From assembly GCA_041569895.1 (NCBI GenBank), contig JBFFXF010000003.1, positions 1 to 62,242 on the forward strand: 62,242 bases of DNA, written 5' to 3'. The notes beneath the pieces were generated by a model. It had not been told where the DNA came from. It did no database searches and was given only the letters and a program-made list of their open reading frames with translations. This DNA comes from Planctomycetota bacterium. GTDB taxonomy: Bacteria > Planctomycetota > UBA8108 > JACQVS01. Below are positions 9,895 through 21,100 of the stretch, piece after piece. Positions within the stretch are counted from its first letter, which is position 1; every line of letters begins with the position of its first letter. Both the position numbers and the translations under genes were made by a program.

Positions 9895-11316
9895 ATGCGT
9901 GACCCGGAACCCGGCTCCATTATCGGAGGCTACGAGCTCGTCGACGAGATCGCCCGCGGCGGCATGGGCACGATCTATCGCGCGCGCCACGTGTCGCTCG
10001 GCTCCCAGGTCGCCGTCAAGGTGCTCAAGCGCGATCTCGCGTCCCGCCCGGACACCGTCAAGCGCTTCATCCGCGAGGGCAAGCTGATCGCGCGGCTCGA
10101 CCACCCCGGAATCATCAAGGTCTTCGACGTCGGGCGGCAGGGCGACTTCTATTACATCATCATGGAGCTCGTCGAGGGTCGCAATCTGCAGCAGGTCGTC
10201 GACCAGGACGGTCCGCTGCCGATCCGCAAGGCGCTCGACATCGCGCGCCAGGTCGCGCTCGCGCTGCACCACGCCCACAGGAACGGCGTCATCCACCGCG
10301 ACGTCAAGCCCTCGAACCTGATCCTGTCGAAGGACGGCACCGTCTACGTCACCGACTTCGGCATCGCGCGTCTCCTTGATCAGGACACCGCGCTGACGCG
10401 AGCAGGTTCGCTGATCGGCACGCCGTCGCACATGTCGCCAGAGCAGTGCCGCGGCTCCGGTGTCGACGAGCGCAGCGATATTTACAGTCTCGGGGCGACG
10501 CTCTACACCCTCGTCAGCGGCCGCCCGCCCTTCAAGAGCAAGTCGACGGCGCGCCTCGTGATCCAGCTCCTGCACGACAACCCGCCGCCGATCGAGACGC
10601 TCGTCGAGAGGCTGGAGCCGGAGGTGGCGCGGTGCATCAAGCGAATGATGGCGAAGCACCCGGCGGCGCGCTACCAGACGGCGAACGAGGTCGCCGACGC
10701 CATCGACGTCCTCAACGGCGAGGTGGGCGTGCGGCGCTCGGATATCGGACGGACCGAGTTCGTCCTCGGCGAGCGGCCGGCGCCGGCGAGAGGCTGGATG
10801 CTCGCGTCCGTGTGCGCGGTTGCCATCGCGATCTCGCTGATCTTCGTGTGGATGAACGGGGACGAGGGAGAGGCATCGACCGGACCGCCCGCCCCGGAGA
10901 ACGGCGAGAACCCGGACGGATCGGGGAACGTCGAGGTGACACGAAGGAGCACCGGCCGCCGCGGCGCGCGCGGTCTCCCCAGGAAATCGAGGAGAGAGCT
11001 CCGCCGGGAGCTCGAGCACCGCATCGCCGGCCTGCAGCGCGCGCTGATCACGGGAGAGACACGCGATATCTTCGAGTTCGTCGACCCCGAGATCCGCCGC
11101 CACCCCGACGTCCTGATCAGCCTCGGCAAGGTCGTCCAGTCGGTCGGCTCGCTCGGACCGGACCCCCTGCTCGAGCACACACTCTCGATGGACGACAGCC
11201 GCGCCGACGTTTTCTTCACCTTCGAGGGCCGCGAGTCGGCCTACACCGTCCAAGTCCCATCAACCTGGCGACTGCGAGAGGACGGCGTGTGGTACGTGCG
11301 GCCACCACCGGAATAG
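9895..11316 (+). CDS. Membrane-anchored Ser/Thr protein kinase
   Basis: RGGMG, VAVK, HRDVKPSN, TDFG, GTPSHMSPEQ; one TM helix followed by a C-terminal domain. Confidence 0.95.
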   Translation: MRDPEPGSIIGGYELVDEIARGGMGTIYRARHVSLGSQVAVKVLKRDLASRPDTVKRFIREGKLIARLDHPGIIKVFDVGRQGDFYYIIMELVEGRNLQQVVDQDGPLPIRKALDIARQVALALHHAHRNGVIHRDVKPSNLILSKDGTVYVTDFGIARLLDQDTALTRAGSLIGTPSHMSPEQCRGSGVDERSDIYSLGATLYTLVSGRPPFKSKSTARLVIQLLHDNPPPIETLVERLEPEVARCIKRMMAKHPAARYQTANEVADAIDVLNGEVGVRRSDIGRTEFVLGERPAPARGWMLASVCAVAIAISLIFVWMNGDEGEASTGPPAPENGENPDGSGNVEVTRRSTGRRGARGLPRKSRRELRRELEHRIAGLQRALITGETRDIFEFVDPEIRRHPDVLISLGKVVQSVGSLGPDPLLEHTLSMDDSRADVFFTFEGRESAYTVQVPSTWRLREDGVWYVRPPPE

Positions 11317-11336
11317 CGGCTTTCGGGACGGAATCA

Positions 11337-11640
11337 CCCGACTCCGATTCCGACCCCATCGTTGCAAAAACGTACCCGTCCCCGTCCCCGTTCCCGTTCC
11401 CGTTCCCGTTCCCGTGCCCGTCCTCGTCCTCGAAGGCTCCGGTATCGGAGTCCGATGACCGACTCCGATACCGATGGCCGATACCGACTCCGATTCCGAC
11501 TCCGACTTCCGATTCCGACTCCGACTCCGATTCCGATTCCGATGACCGATTCCGAGATCAGAGATCAGAAAGAGGCTTCAATCTGTGTAATCTGCGGACC
11601 GTTCCCCAATCTGCGGAATCTGCGGACCGTCCTCGTCGAC
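11337..11640 (+). repeat. Modular microsatellite element, copy 3
   Basis: CGTTGCAAAAA, (CCCGTN)n, CCTCGAAGGCTC, (CCGAYT)n, GAGATCA x2, AATCTGCG units; lies between convergent genes. Confidence 0.9.
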
Positions 11641-11674
11641 CGTCGATCGCGCTCTGCTCTGTACGCTTCGCGTC

Positions 11675-12166
11675 TCACCTGATGCGCATCGCGATCGACA
11701 GCGGTGTCGAGTACACCACCCGGCCGCTCGTCGATTCGTGCCGCGCGATCAACGTCACGTCATCCGGCAGCTCGCGCGCGTCCTTCCACGTGATGGCGAC
11801 GGTGTAGCCGATGCCGACAACCGAGCGGGTCGCGCGGCGGGCGAGGTCGGCCGCCTCGTGGCGGACGGCGATGCGCGGCTCGGTGTCTCCCGGTGGTCCG
11901 GCGAGGACGCCGTCGAAGAGCATCACCTCGAGGACGCCCGAGGTGATGGCCAGAGGCCTCGGCACGTCGCGGCTGAAGGCATAGATCTTTACCGCGAATC
12001 CGTCGACGCCGGGGCGCTGGTCGAAGTTGAGGGCGGTCGGCGACGTCAGGAGCACCAGCCGCTCGATCGGAGCCACGTCCGACGACACGGTGGACGGCGC
12101 GGCGCAGCCGGTGAGCGCGACGGCGACGAGGGAACCGAGGCGGACGGCGGCGGACGGCGGTGTCAC
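11675..12166 (-). CDS. Small lipoprotein, candidate secretin pilotin
   Basis: Lipobox LTG-C; GTG start overlaps the secretin TGA (GTGA); pilotin role is positional inference only. Confidence 0.7.
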   Translation of the reverse strand: MTPPSAAVRLGSLVAVALTGCAAPSTVSSDVAPIERLVLLTSPTALNFDQRPGVDGFAVKIYAFSRDVPRPLAITSGVLEVMLFDGVLAGPPGDTEPRIAVRHEAADLARRATRSVVGIGYTVAITWKDARELPDDVTLIARHESTSGRVVYSTPLSIAMRIR

Positions 12167-15100
12167 TGGTCAGACTTCTCGCCGGCTTCGGGCGACGGCT
12201 CGGCCGGCGCGTTGCCCTCCTTCTCCACGCCTGGCCGGTTGAGCTCCTCGAGGAGGGCCTTCTGCATCCGGTCGCCGCGAGTCTCCTGGATCCCCGACTT
12301 GCGGATGTTCTCCTGGGTGGCGCGGTCCGCGTCCTCCGACGTGCCGATGATGTACGGAGTCAGGATGATCAGCAGCTCCGTCCGCCTCTTGACCACCGTC
12401 CTGCTCCGGAACGCCGCGCCGAGCAGCGGGATGTCGCCGAGGATCGGCACCTTCGCGTCGCGCACGTCGTCGCTCGTGCTGATCAGCCCGCCGATGATGA
12501 TGGTGTGGCCGTCCTGTACGCTGATCGTCGTCCTCGCCCTGCGCTCGTTGAAGATCGGCGCCTCGCCGCCGCCGCCGAGGTTGACGGACGAGCTGCTGCG
12601 CGAGCTGAGCTCCGGCTCGACCTCGAGGCGCACGAACCCGTCCGGACTGATTCGCGGCGTGACGCGCAGGATGATGCCGACGTCACGATACTCGATGGTG
12701 TTGTTGATGTTGCCGAGCTCGGTCGTCTGGCTTCCGGTCACCTGCGGCACGCTCTCGCCGATGTTGATCTCCGCCTGCACGTTGTCGGCGGCGAGGATCT
12801 GGGGCCGGCTGAGCACCTCGAGGCGGCCATCGCTCCGCAGCGCTCGCAACAGCATGGTGATGTCGCCGCCGGTCACCGAGGCCGAGAGCCCGCCGAAGCG
12901 GGAGATGGCGTCCGCGAGACCGAAGTCGGAGGCGACCTCGAGCATCTGCCCCGCGATCGCGTCGTCGATGTATCCCCACTCGACGCCGAGCTCGGTGGTG
13001 TCGTCAAGCGTCACCTCCGCGAGCAACGCCTGGATCAGCACCTGGGGCTGTGGGCGATCGAGCTCCTCGATCAGCAGCGAGAGCTCCTCGAAGTACCTCG
13101 GGCTCGCCGACAGGAGCAGCGTGTTCGACTTCGGCTCACCGACGATGGCGACGTTCTCCTCGAGCTGCTGCTCGACCGACGTGCCGACAGCCTCGCCGGC
13201 GGCTCCCTGAACGGCTCCTCCAACCGGTTGCACGAAGCCCTCGCGGCTCTGGCGGAGAAACGTGTTGAGCGCGTTCTGGATGTCGGCCGCCTGCGCGTTG
13301 CGGAGCCTGTAGACCTGCGTTCTGCGCTCCCTCGCCGGACTGGCGTCGAGCTCGTGGATGATCTCGCCCGCAAGCGACACATAGTGCTCCGTGCCGCCGA
13401 CGATCAGGCTGTTGGTGCGCGGATCGACGGTGACGACGAGCGACGCCTGCTCGGCCGTCCCGATGGTGATGTCGGTCGCCGGGGTCTGCTCCTCGTCGCC
13501 GGTCTGCTCACCGCTCGCCGCCCCGTCGACCAGTCGATACCTCACCGCCTGTGCGTCCTGCTGCCCGCCGGGGAACGCGCTGCCGCCCGGAGCGCCGAAC
13601 GCCCCGCCGTCGAACCCGACGCGTCGCAGCCGGAAGAGATCCGAGAGGATGTCGACCATCTTGCGCGCGTCGGCGTTGATCAGCGTGAACACCTTGATCT
13701 GCGCGAGCTGCGGCGACGCCGTGTCGAGCTCCGCGATGATGCGCTCGATCAGCGAGAGGCTCTCGACCGGCCCGACCACGACGAGGGAGTTGGTGCGCGC
13801 GTCCGGAGTGATCAGCAGGTCCTCGCGGAGCGCCGACACGATGCGGCTCTCCTCGCCCTCGCCGCGAGCGGCGAACTTCAGGAGCGTCTGCCGCACCGCG
13901 CTCGCCGTGACCTGACCCGGGGGCGCATCGCCGGCGATCGCCTCCGTGAGGATGCGGGCGAGCTCGGTCGCCCGCGCGTGCTTGAGCGGGAAGACGCGGA
14001 TCTCGCTGACCCGCCCCACCTGACCGGAATCGAGCTTCTCGACGAGCTCGCGGATGCGCGCCATGTCGGCCTCGCCCGCCGAGACCACCAGCGCGTTCAT
14101 GCGGTCGTCGACGGTGAGGGTCACCGGATTCGCCGTGACCGTCGCGTCGGCGCTGTAGAGCGACTGGATCGTCGCGGCGACGCTGCGCGCGTTGCCCCTG
14201 GCGAGGGGGATCACCTCGACGCCGCTCTCGCCCTCGGCCAGCTCGCCGTCGAGGCGCTCGATCAGCGACGCGACCACGTCGAGGTCCTCCGGAAGCGCCG
14301 TGACGATCAGCGCGTTCGCGAACGAATCGGCGACGATGGTGATCGGCTGCGGCGCCGCGTCGCCCTCGCGTCGCGGACGGTTCTGGAAGAGTCGCAGCAG
14401 CGTGTCGCGAAGCTTCGTGGCGCTCTCGCGGCGAAGCTGGAAGATCCGGAACGACGCGTCGGCGTGGATCTCCGCCCGGTCGAGCCGCTCGATCATGCGT
14501 TCGATCAACGCGAAGGTCTCCCGGCTCGCGGAGACGATCAGCGTGTTCGTCCGCCCATCCGCCGTGACGTTGACCGGCACGAGGCCCTCGGGGTCGCCGA
14601 CGACGGCCTCGCCCGCGCGACGCGCCGCAAAGAACTGCTGCAGCACGAGCGCGAGGCGCAGCGCGGAGGCGTGCTCGAGCGTGTAAAGCTGGATGCCGCC
14701 GGCGCCGGCGTAGGTCTCGTCGTCGATCTGCGCCACAACCTCCTCGATCACGGCGAGGTTCTCGGGGCTCGCCGAGACGATGAGGGCGTTCGAGCGCGGG
14801 TCGATGACGATGGCGAGGCGCTCTCGAGCGGTGCCGAGCGCGCCGGCGGTCGCCAGGCCGGGCCGGTACAGCCCCTGCTGCACGAGCGAGCGCAGCATCG
14901 TCGCCGCTCGCTGCACGTCCGCATGCTCGAGGAGAAAGATCCGCAGGCGGCTCCCCTCGATCGTCGGCTCGGCGTCGATTCGCGCGAGCAGGTCGCGGAG
15001 GACCTCCAGGTTCGCCGCGTTCGCCGAGACGATCAGCGAGTTGGTCAGCGAGTCGATGCCGATCGCGACGATGTCCGCCGGCGACGGCGTCTGCCCCGAC

Positions 15101-18100
15101 GGCGTTGTCGCCTGCAGGCGCGCCGTGAAGAACTGCTGCAACGCCGGACCCACGATGCTCGCCTCGTTGTGCTCGAGCGGGATGACGGTGTGCTCGACGG
15201 CCGGACCGCCGGGGCGGTCGAGCTGGAATACGAGCGACGTCACGAAGGCGAAGGCGGTCTCGTTTCCGGCGACCACGAGCGCGTTCGTGCGCGTGTCGAC
15301 AGTGACGGTCGCGCGGTCCTCGAGCCGGATGAGCGTCGCGTTCGGCCCCGAGTAGAGGTTCGTGATGACGGTCTGGAGCGCGGTGGCGTTGGCGTGGTCG
15401 AGCGGGAAGATGCGCACGCTGCCGAGACCGGAGGCGGCGGGGATGTCCATCGTCGAGATGACGTCCGCGATCAGCGGCATGACGTCGGCGCGCGCCGCGA
15501 CGACGAGCGTGTTGGTGGTCTCGTCCGGCTGGATGGTGAGCGCCAGGCGGGCCTTCGCGAGCTCGGTCGACTGCGCGCCGCCGTCGGGAATCAGCGTTCT
15601 CAGCCGTGTCACCTGCGTGCTCAGCCCCTCGGCGCCCGGCACCGGCGTCGACTCGGCGAAGACGGCCTGCAGGATCGGAGCGAGTCGACTCGCCGAGGCG
15701 TGCCGCAGGCGAAAGAGACGCACCTCGGTGACCAGGTCGTCGCTCTCGGCGTCGAGATCCTGGATGACGCCGAGCGCGAGCGCCACCGTGGCCGGCTGGC
15801 CGCTGATGACCAGCGTGTTCGTCCGCCGGTCCGTCGACACGTTGAGCGGATTGACCAGCGCCCGGCCCGACTCGCCCTCCGGCTCGCCCTGGCCGCCGGG
15901 GCTGAGCCCGAGCCGTTGCCCCTGCAGGAAGATCTCGGTGAGCGTCGCCGCCACGGTGGTCGCGTCCGCGCGCTCGAGCCGCACCAGGCGAACGGTGATG
16001 CCCTCGACGACCGGCACCGTGTCCATCATCGCGATGACACTCTCGAGCGCCCGCAGGTTGTCCGGTGTCGAGGCCACGATCAGCCGATTGCCGCCGGTCG
16101 CTCCCGGCTGCACCGGATCGGCCAGCACGCGGATCGGCTGTGTCAGGTCGAGCCGCACCGGCAGGCCGTTCGCGCCGCGCACCTGGAGGAGACGGACCTG
16201 CTCCTGGAGCGCGAGCGCCTCCGGCGTGACCGTACCCGACGCGTCCGGCTGCAGCATGGCGCGCAGGACGCCGACCAGTTGCGGAGCGCTCGCCTTCTTG
16301 AGCGGGATGATGGCGACCTCGGTCTGCAGGAAGGCGGGTGGCGTGTCGAGGATGTCGAGGATCTCCCGAACGCTGTCGAACGACTCGACCGGCGCCGCGA
16401 CGATCAGAGCGCGGTTGCGCGCGTCCGCGGTGACCGTGATCGGATCGCCGGGGCGCGATTCTCGCAGCTGCGCCAGGAGCTGCTCGACGGCGGGCAGCAC
16501 GCGCGCCGGGGTGACATGTTGCAGCGGGAACGTCCGGAACTCGAGCACCGGCCGCAGCTCGGGCGCATCGAGCTGCCTGACGACCTGCTCGATGGCGATG
16601 AAGTCCTGCGGTCGCGCTCGCACGATGATGCTGCGCGCGCGCCGGTCGGTGACGGCCGCGATGGTCGGCGGTGGCAGGATCGGGTTTCCCTGCGCGTCGA
16701 CGCCCTCGGGCACCTTGACGTTGAAGAGTCCGTCGAGCGTCCGCGCCACCGCGAGCGGATCGGCCCGCTCGATCCTGAAGATGCGGAACTCCATCTCGCC
16801 CTCGACGTAACCGAAGGAGAGCTGTCGGATGAGCTCCTCGATCGCCTCGAGCTCGCGCCGTGGTCCGGAGAGCAGGAGCGAGTTGGTCTCCTTCTCGACG
16901 GCGATGACCACGGGCGGTGGGCCCACCGCCTCGGCGTCCGTCTCATCGGCGCCGGCGTTCTCCGCCTCCCGGGGCCGGGCGGGCTCCGCCGCCTCGCGAG
17001 GCTGTTCGCCCGGCGCTTCCTGATTCTGGCCGTAGACGACACCGGAATGGTGCGCCGGCCCGGGAGGCTCGTCGGCCTCGCCCTCCTTCCCGGTCTTCTC
17101 CGGAGGTGCGCTCTCCGACGGCGGACCTCTCTCCGGAGGGCTGCTCTCCTTCCGCGGCGTCCGCTCGGGCAGCGTCTCGCGAATCTCGACACGCGTCCCC
17201 GCCATCCGCGAGTAGACGCGCTGGATCAACTGCGCCATGCGCTCCGCCGACATGCGTGGCAGCGGAAGGACGCGCACCTCGACCTCGCTCTCCCTGGCGG
17301 CGGCGTCGAGCTTCGAGACGAGATCCTCGATGATGCGGATGTCCGCGCCGCGGGCGACGATGGTCAGCGAGTTGGTGAAGGGGTCGGTCTCGACGGAGGG
17401 CCGGTCGTCCGCGGGCCGTCCGGCGAACATCGCCTCGACCTGCGAGGCGACGCGGTAAGCCTCGGCGTTCTCGAGAGCGATGTTTCGAACGTCGCGCTCG
17501 GACTTCTCCGGAGCGCGGTCGAGGCTCTCGAGGAGCCTCTCGACGACCGCGAAGAAGGGCGGCGTCGTCGACACGAAGATGCTGCGCGTGCGCTCGTCGC
17601 CGACGACGGTCAGCGGCGGCCTCGCCGCCGGATCCGTGCGGGTCTCGATCAGCCGCTCGAGCAGCACCTGCAGCGTGCGCGAGACCTCCTGCACCTTGCC
17701 GTTCTCGACGCGGAAGATGCGCATCTCGAAGTCGCCGCCGCTCGCCTCCGCGTCGAGCTCGCCGATGAGCTCGAGCACCTCCCTGACCGCCTCCTCGGGA
17801 CCGTGGATCAGCAGACTGTTGGAGTTCGGCTCCGGCGTCACCGTCACCTGCCGCGCCGTGTCTCGCTGCCCGCGATCCCGGAGCGCGTCACGGATCGCCG
17901 TGGCGAGAGCCGAGGCCCGCGCGCGGTCGAGCTTGACCGTCCGCAGCACGGCCGCCCCGCCGCGCTCCGCGTCGAGCGTCCTGACGAGCTGCTCGACGCG
18001 CTCGAGGACGATACGCGGACCGTCGACGACGACCGTCCGGTCATCGGGTGATGCCGAGATCACCAGCCTCCGCCCGGCGCCGATGGCGCCGACGTCGCGC

Positions 18101-21100
18101 GCGAAGAGTTGCGAGACGATGCTGCTGATCGACGCAGCGGACGCGTTCTCCAGGGCGACAACACGCAGCTCGCGCGCATCCGCCGATCGTCCGCCGTCGA
18201 GCTCGCCGATGATCTTCTCGATCAACGCCATGTGCTCCGCCGTCGCGGTGACCACGAGGCGGTTGCCGGTGACGTCGCCAACGACCAGGGCGTCCGCCGC
18301 GCCGCTTCCGGGGGCGCCCTTCACCTGGCTCTGGTAGACCTGCTCGACCGTCCCGGCGAGCTGCGTGACGTCCGCCGCGCCGACGTCGAAAGCCCGCAGC
18401 ACGCGCGGTCGCGCGTCCTCGGCCCGGTCGAGCTGCTCGACGATCACCGCGGCCGCCTGGAGATCCCGCGGCTCGCCGGAAACGACGATGGTGTTGGTCT
18501 TCGGATCGGCGCCGACGCTGACCCGGGGTACCGCTCCGCTCGCGGTCCGGCGCACGAGCGCGTTCGACAGGATCGTCGAGACCTGCTGAGCGTCGGCGTT
18601 CTCGAGTCGGAGGACGCGCGTGTCGTCGGTCTGCGTGCTCGCGGCGTCCAGCATGCTGACGATCGCCTCGATCGCGGTCAGCTCCGAGCGCGGCGCGTTG
18701 ATGATGAGGCGATTCGCCGTTGAATCGGGGAGCACGAGGACGCGCTCCGTGCGCGCGCCGGGACGGCCGCGGGCGCGCTCGCGGTAGAGCCGGGAGACGG
18801 TCTCGGCGAGCTCCGTCGCGGAGCCGGTCCGCAGCTCGTAGACGCGGGTGTCGACCGCCTCCGGCGCGGCGCCCGCGTCGAGCGTCGCGGCGATCTCGTC
18901 GATGAGCGCGAGGTGATCGGGACGGGCGATGACGAGGCACCGCCCGGTGGTCGCGTCGCGAACGAACTCGGCGTCGGCGGGGCCGAGCTCCGGCCGGTCC
19001 TCGACACGCACGCGGTAGAGCTGCTCGAGGAGCGGCACGACGCGGGAGAGCTCCTCGGCGCTGCCCAGCGCGAGCACGCGCGTCTCGCGCGGCAGGCGGT
19101 TCGCCGGACTGCGCACGCGTTCGAGAATCGCCGCGATGCGCTCGAGGTGCGACCGGCGACCGGTGACGATGAACCGGCGGTTCGCCGAGTCCGCGATGAA
19201 CACGGCGTCCGCCGCCCCACCGGTTCGCCGCGAGACGCCCTCCTCGCGGTAGAGCTGCTGGACGATCGGCAGCAGTCGCTCGACCTCCGCGGCATCGGTG
19301 AGCTCGAAGATGCGCGTCTCTCGCTCGACGGCCTTCGGCGCGACATCGAGCGTGTCGACGATCTCCCGCACCGACTCGAAGTCGGCCTCGGTCGCGATGA
19401 CGATCAGCCGATTCGCGGTCGGATCGGCAGTGATCGACGGTTGCCTGCCCGCATCCTCGCGACCCCTGGCGCGCTCCTCGCGCGTGCGCGCGACCAGCGG
19501 CGCCAGCTCGTCGGCGCGACGGTGCTCGAGCTCGATCACTCGCAGGGCCCGCTCGGTGCGGCCCGGTTCGACGTCGAGCTCCGTGACGATGGACTGGACC
19601 GCCTCGACGTCCGCCGTGCGGCCGGCGACCACGACGACGTTGGTCGAGTCGTCCGGCGAGACACGGACACGCTCGATGACCTCGCCGCGCTCGTCGCGTG
19701 GATTCATCACCTTGGCAATCGCCTCGGCGACGCGCGCCGCGGGCGCCCTGGTGAGCTGGAAGACGCGCACGTCCTGCTCCTGTGGCGCCGTCTCGTTGAG
19801 CCGATCGACGATCTCGCCGACGACGTCGAGCTCGTCTCGCGGCGCGGTGACGATCAGCCGCGACGCGGAGTCGTCCGGAACGATCCTGGCGAGCGTGCGG
19901 TACGTCGGACCGCGCACCTGCCGCATCGACTCGACGAGCGTCTCGGTGACCCGGGGCGCGAGCACGCTCGCGCTCCCCGACCTCAGCTTGAAGACGCGCA
20001 GCTCACGCGGTTGACGGCTGGCATCCGTGTCGAGCTGATCGACTATGCCGGACGCCGCCTCGAGCGCGTCGGAGGGGCCGCGGAGCACCAGACTGTTGCT
20101 GCGCTCGTCGACGAGGATGCGAACGCGCGGGCGCTCCGGATCGGTGTTGATCACCTTGGCGAGGATTCCCTCGATTTCCGAGGCGATCGCCGTGGTGAGC
20201 CGCACCACCCGCGTCGAGTCGCTCGCCGGCCGCGATCCCTCCGGATCGAGCTTGCGAACGAGCTCCTCGACGCGCTCGATCTCCGCCGTCGGACCGGTGA
20301 CGATCAGACGATCGCCCTCGAGGCCGGCGGTCAGTCTCGCCGCCCCTCCGTCCGGATCGCGTCCGTCGATCTGGGCGCGGTAGATCTGCTCGACGAGCGG
20401 GAGCAGCTCGGACGCGCGCGCGCCGTGAAGCTCGATCGCCCGCGTATCGCGGCGGCGCGCTCCGGAGCTCTCGGACTCGAGCTGGCGGAGGACGGTCGCA
20501 ACCCGCGCGATCTCGTCCGGCGTGCCGGTGACCAGAATGCGGCGCGACGTCGGATCGGCGAGCAGCGTCGCGGGACCGCCCTCCGGCTGCGGCCGCCCGG
20601 CGAGCTGCGACTCGTACACCTGCCTGACGAGCGCGAGCATCGACTGCGCGTCTCCGGCGACCTCGAGCGGCATCGTCTGGCGCTCGGGCACCGACTGCTG
20701 ACCGCGGAGTTTTTCGAGCAGCGACGCGACGCGGTCGAGCTCCTCCGCCGGACCCACCGCGATGATCCGCCTCCCCGGAGCATCGGCCTGGATCGTGGCG
20801 CGACGTTCCCGTGGACCGGTGAGGCTCGCCGTCTCCGCCGCGTAAACGGTCTGGAGGAGCGCCGACAGCCGCTCGACCTCGGCCGAATCCGCCAGCGCGA
20901 AGACCCGCGTCTCGTGCCCGGCCAGCGGCCGCTCGTCGCCCTCGAGCCCAGCGATGATCGTGGCGATGCGATCGAGATGCTCGACGCGCCCGGTGACGAT
21001 GAGACGACGGTTCGCCGCGTCCGGCACGAACACCGCATCGGGCGGGCCGAGGGACGCGGGCTCGCCACGGAGCTGCTCCTCGTAGAGCTGCCGCGCCAGC

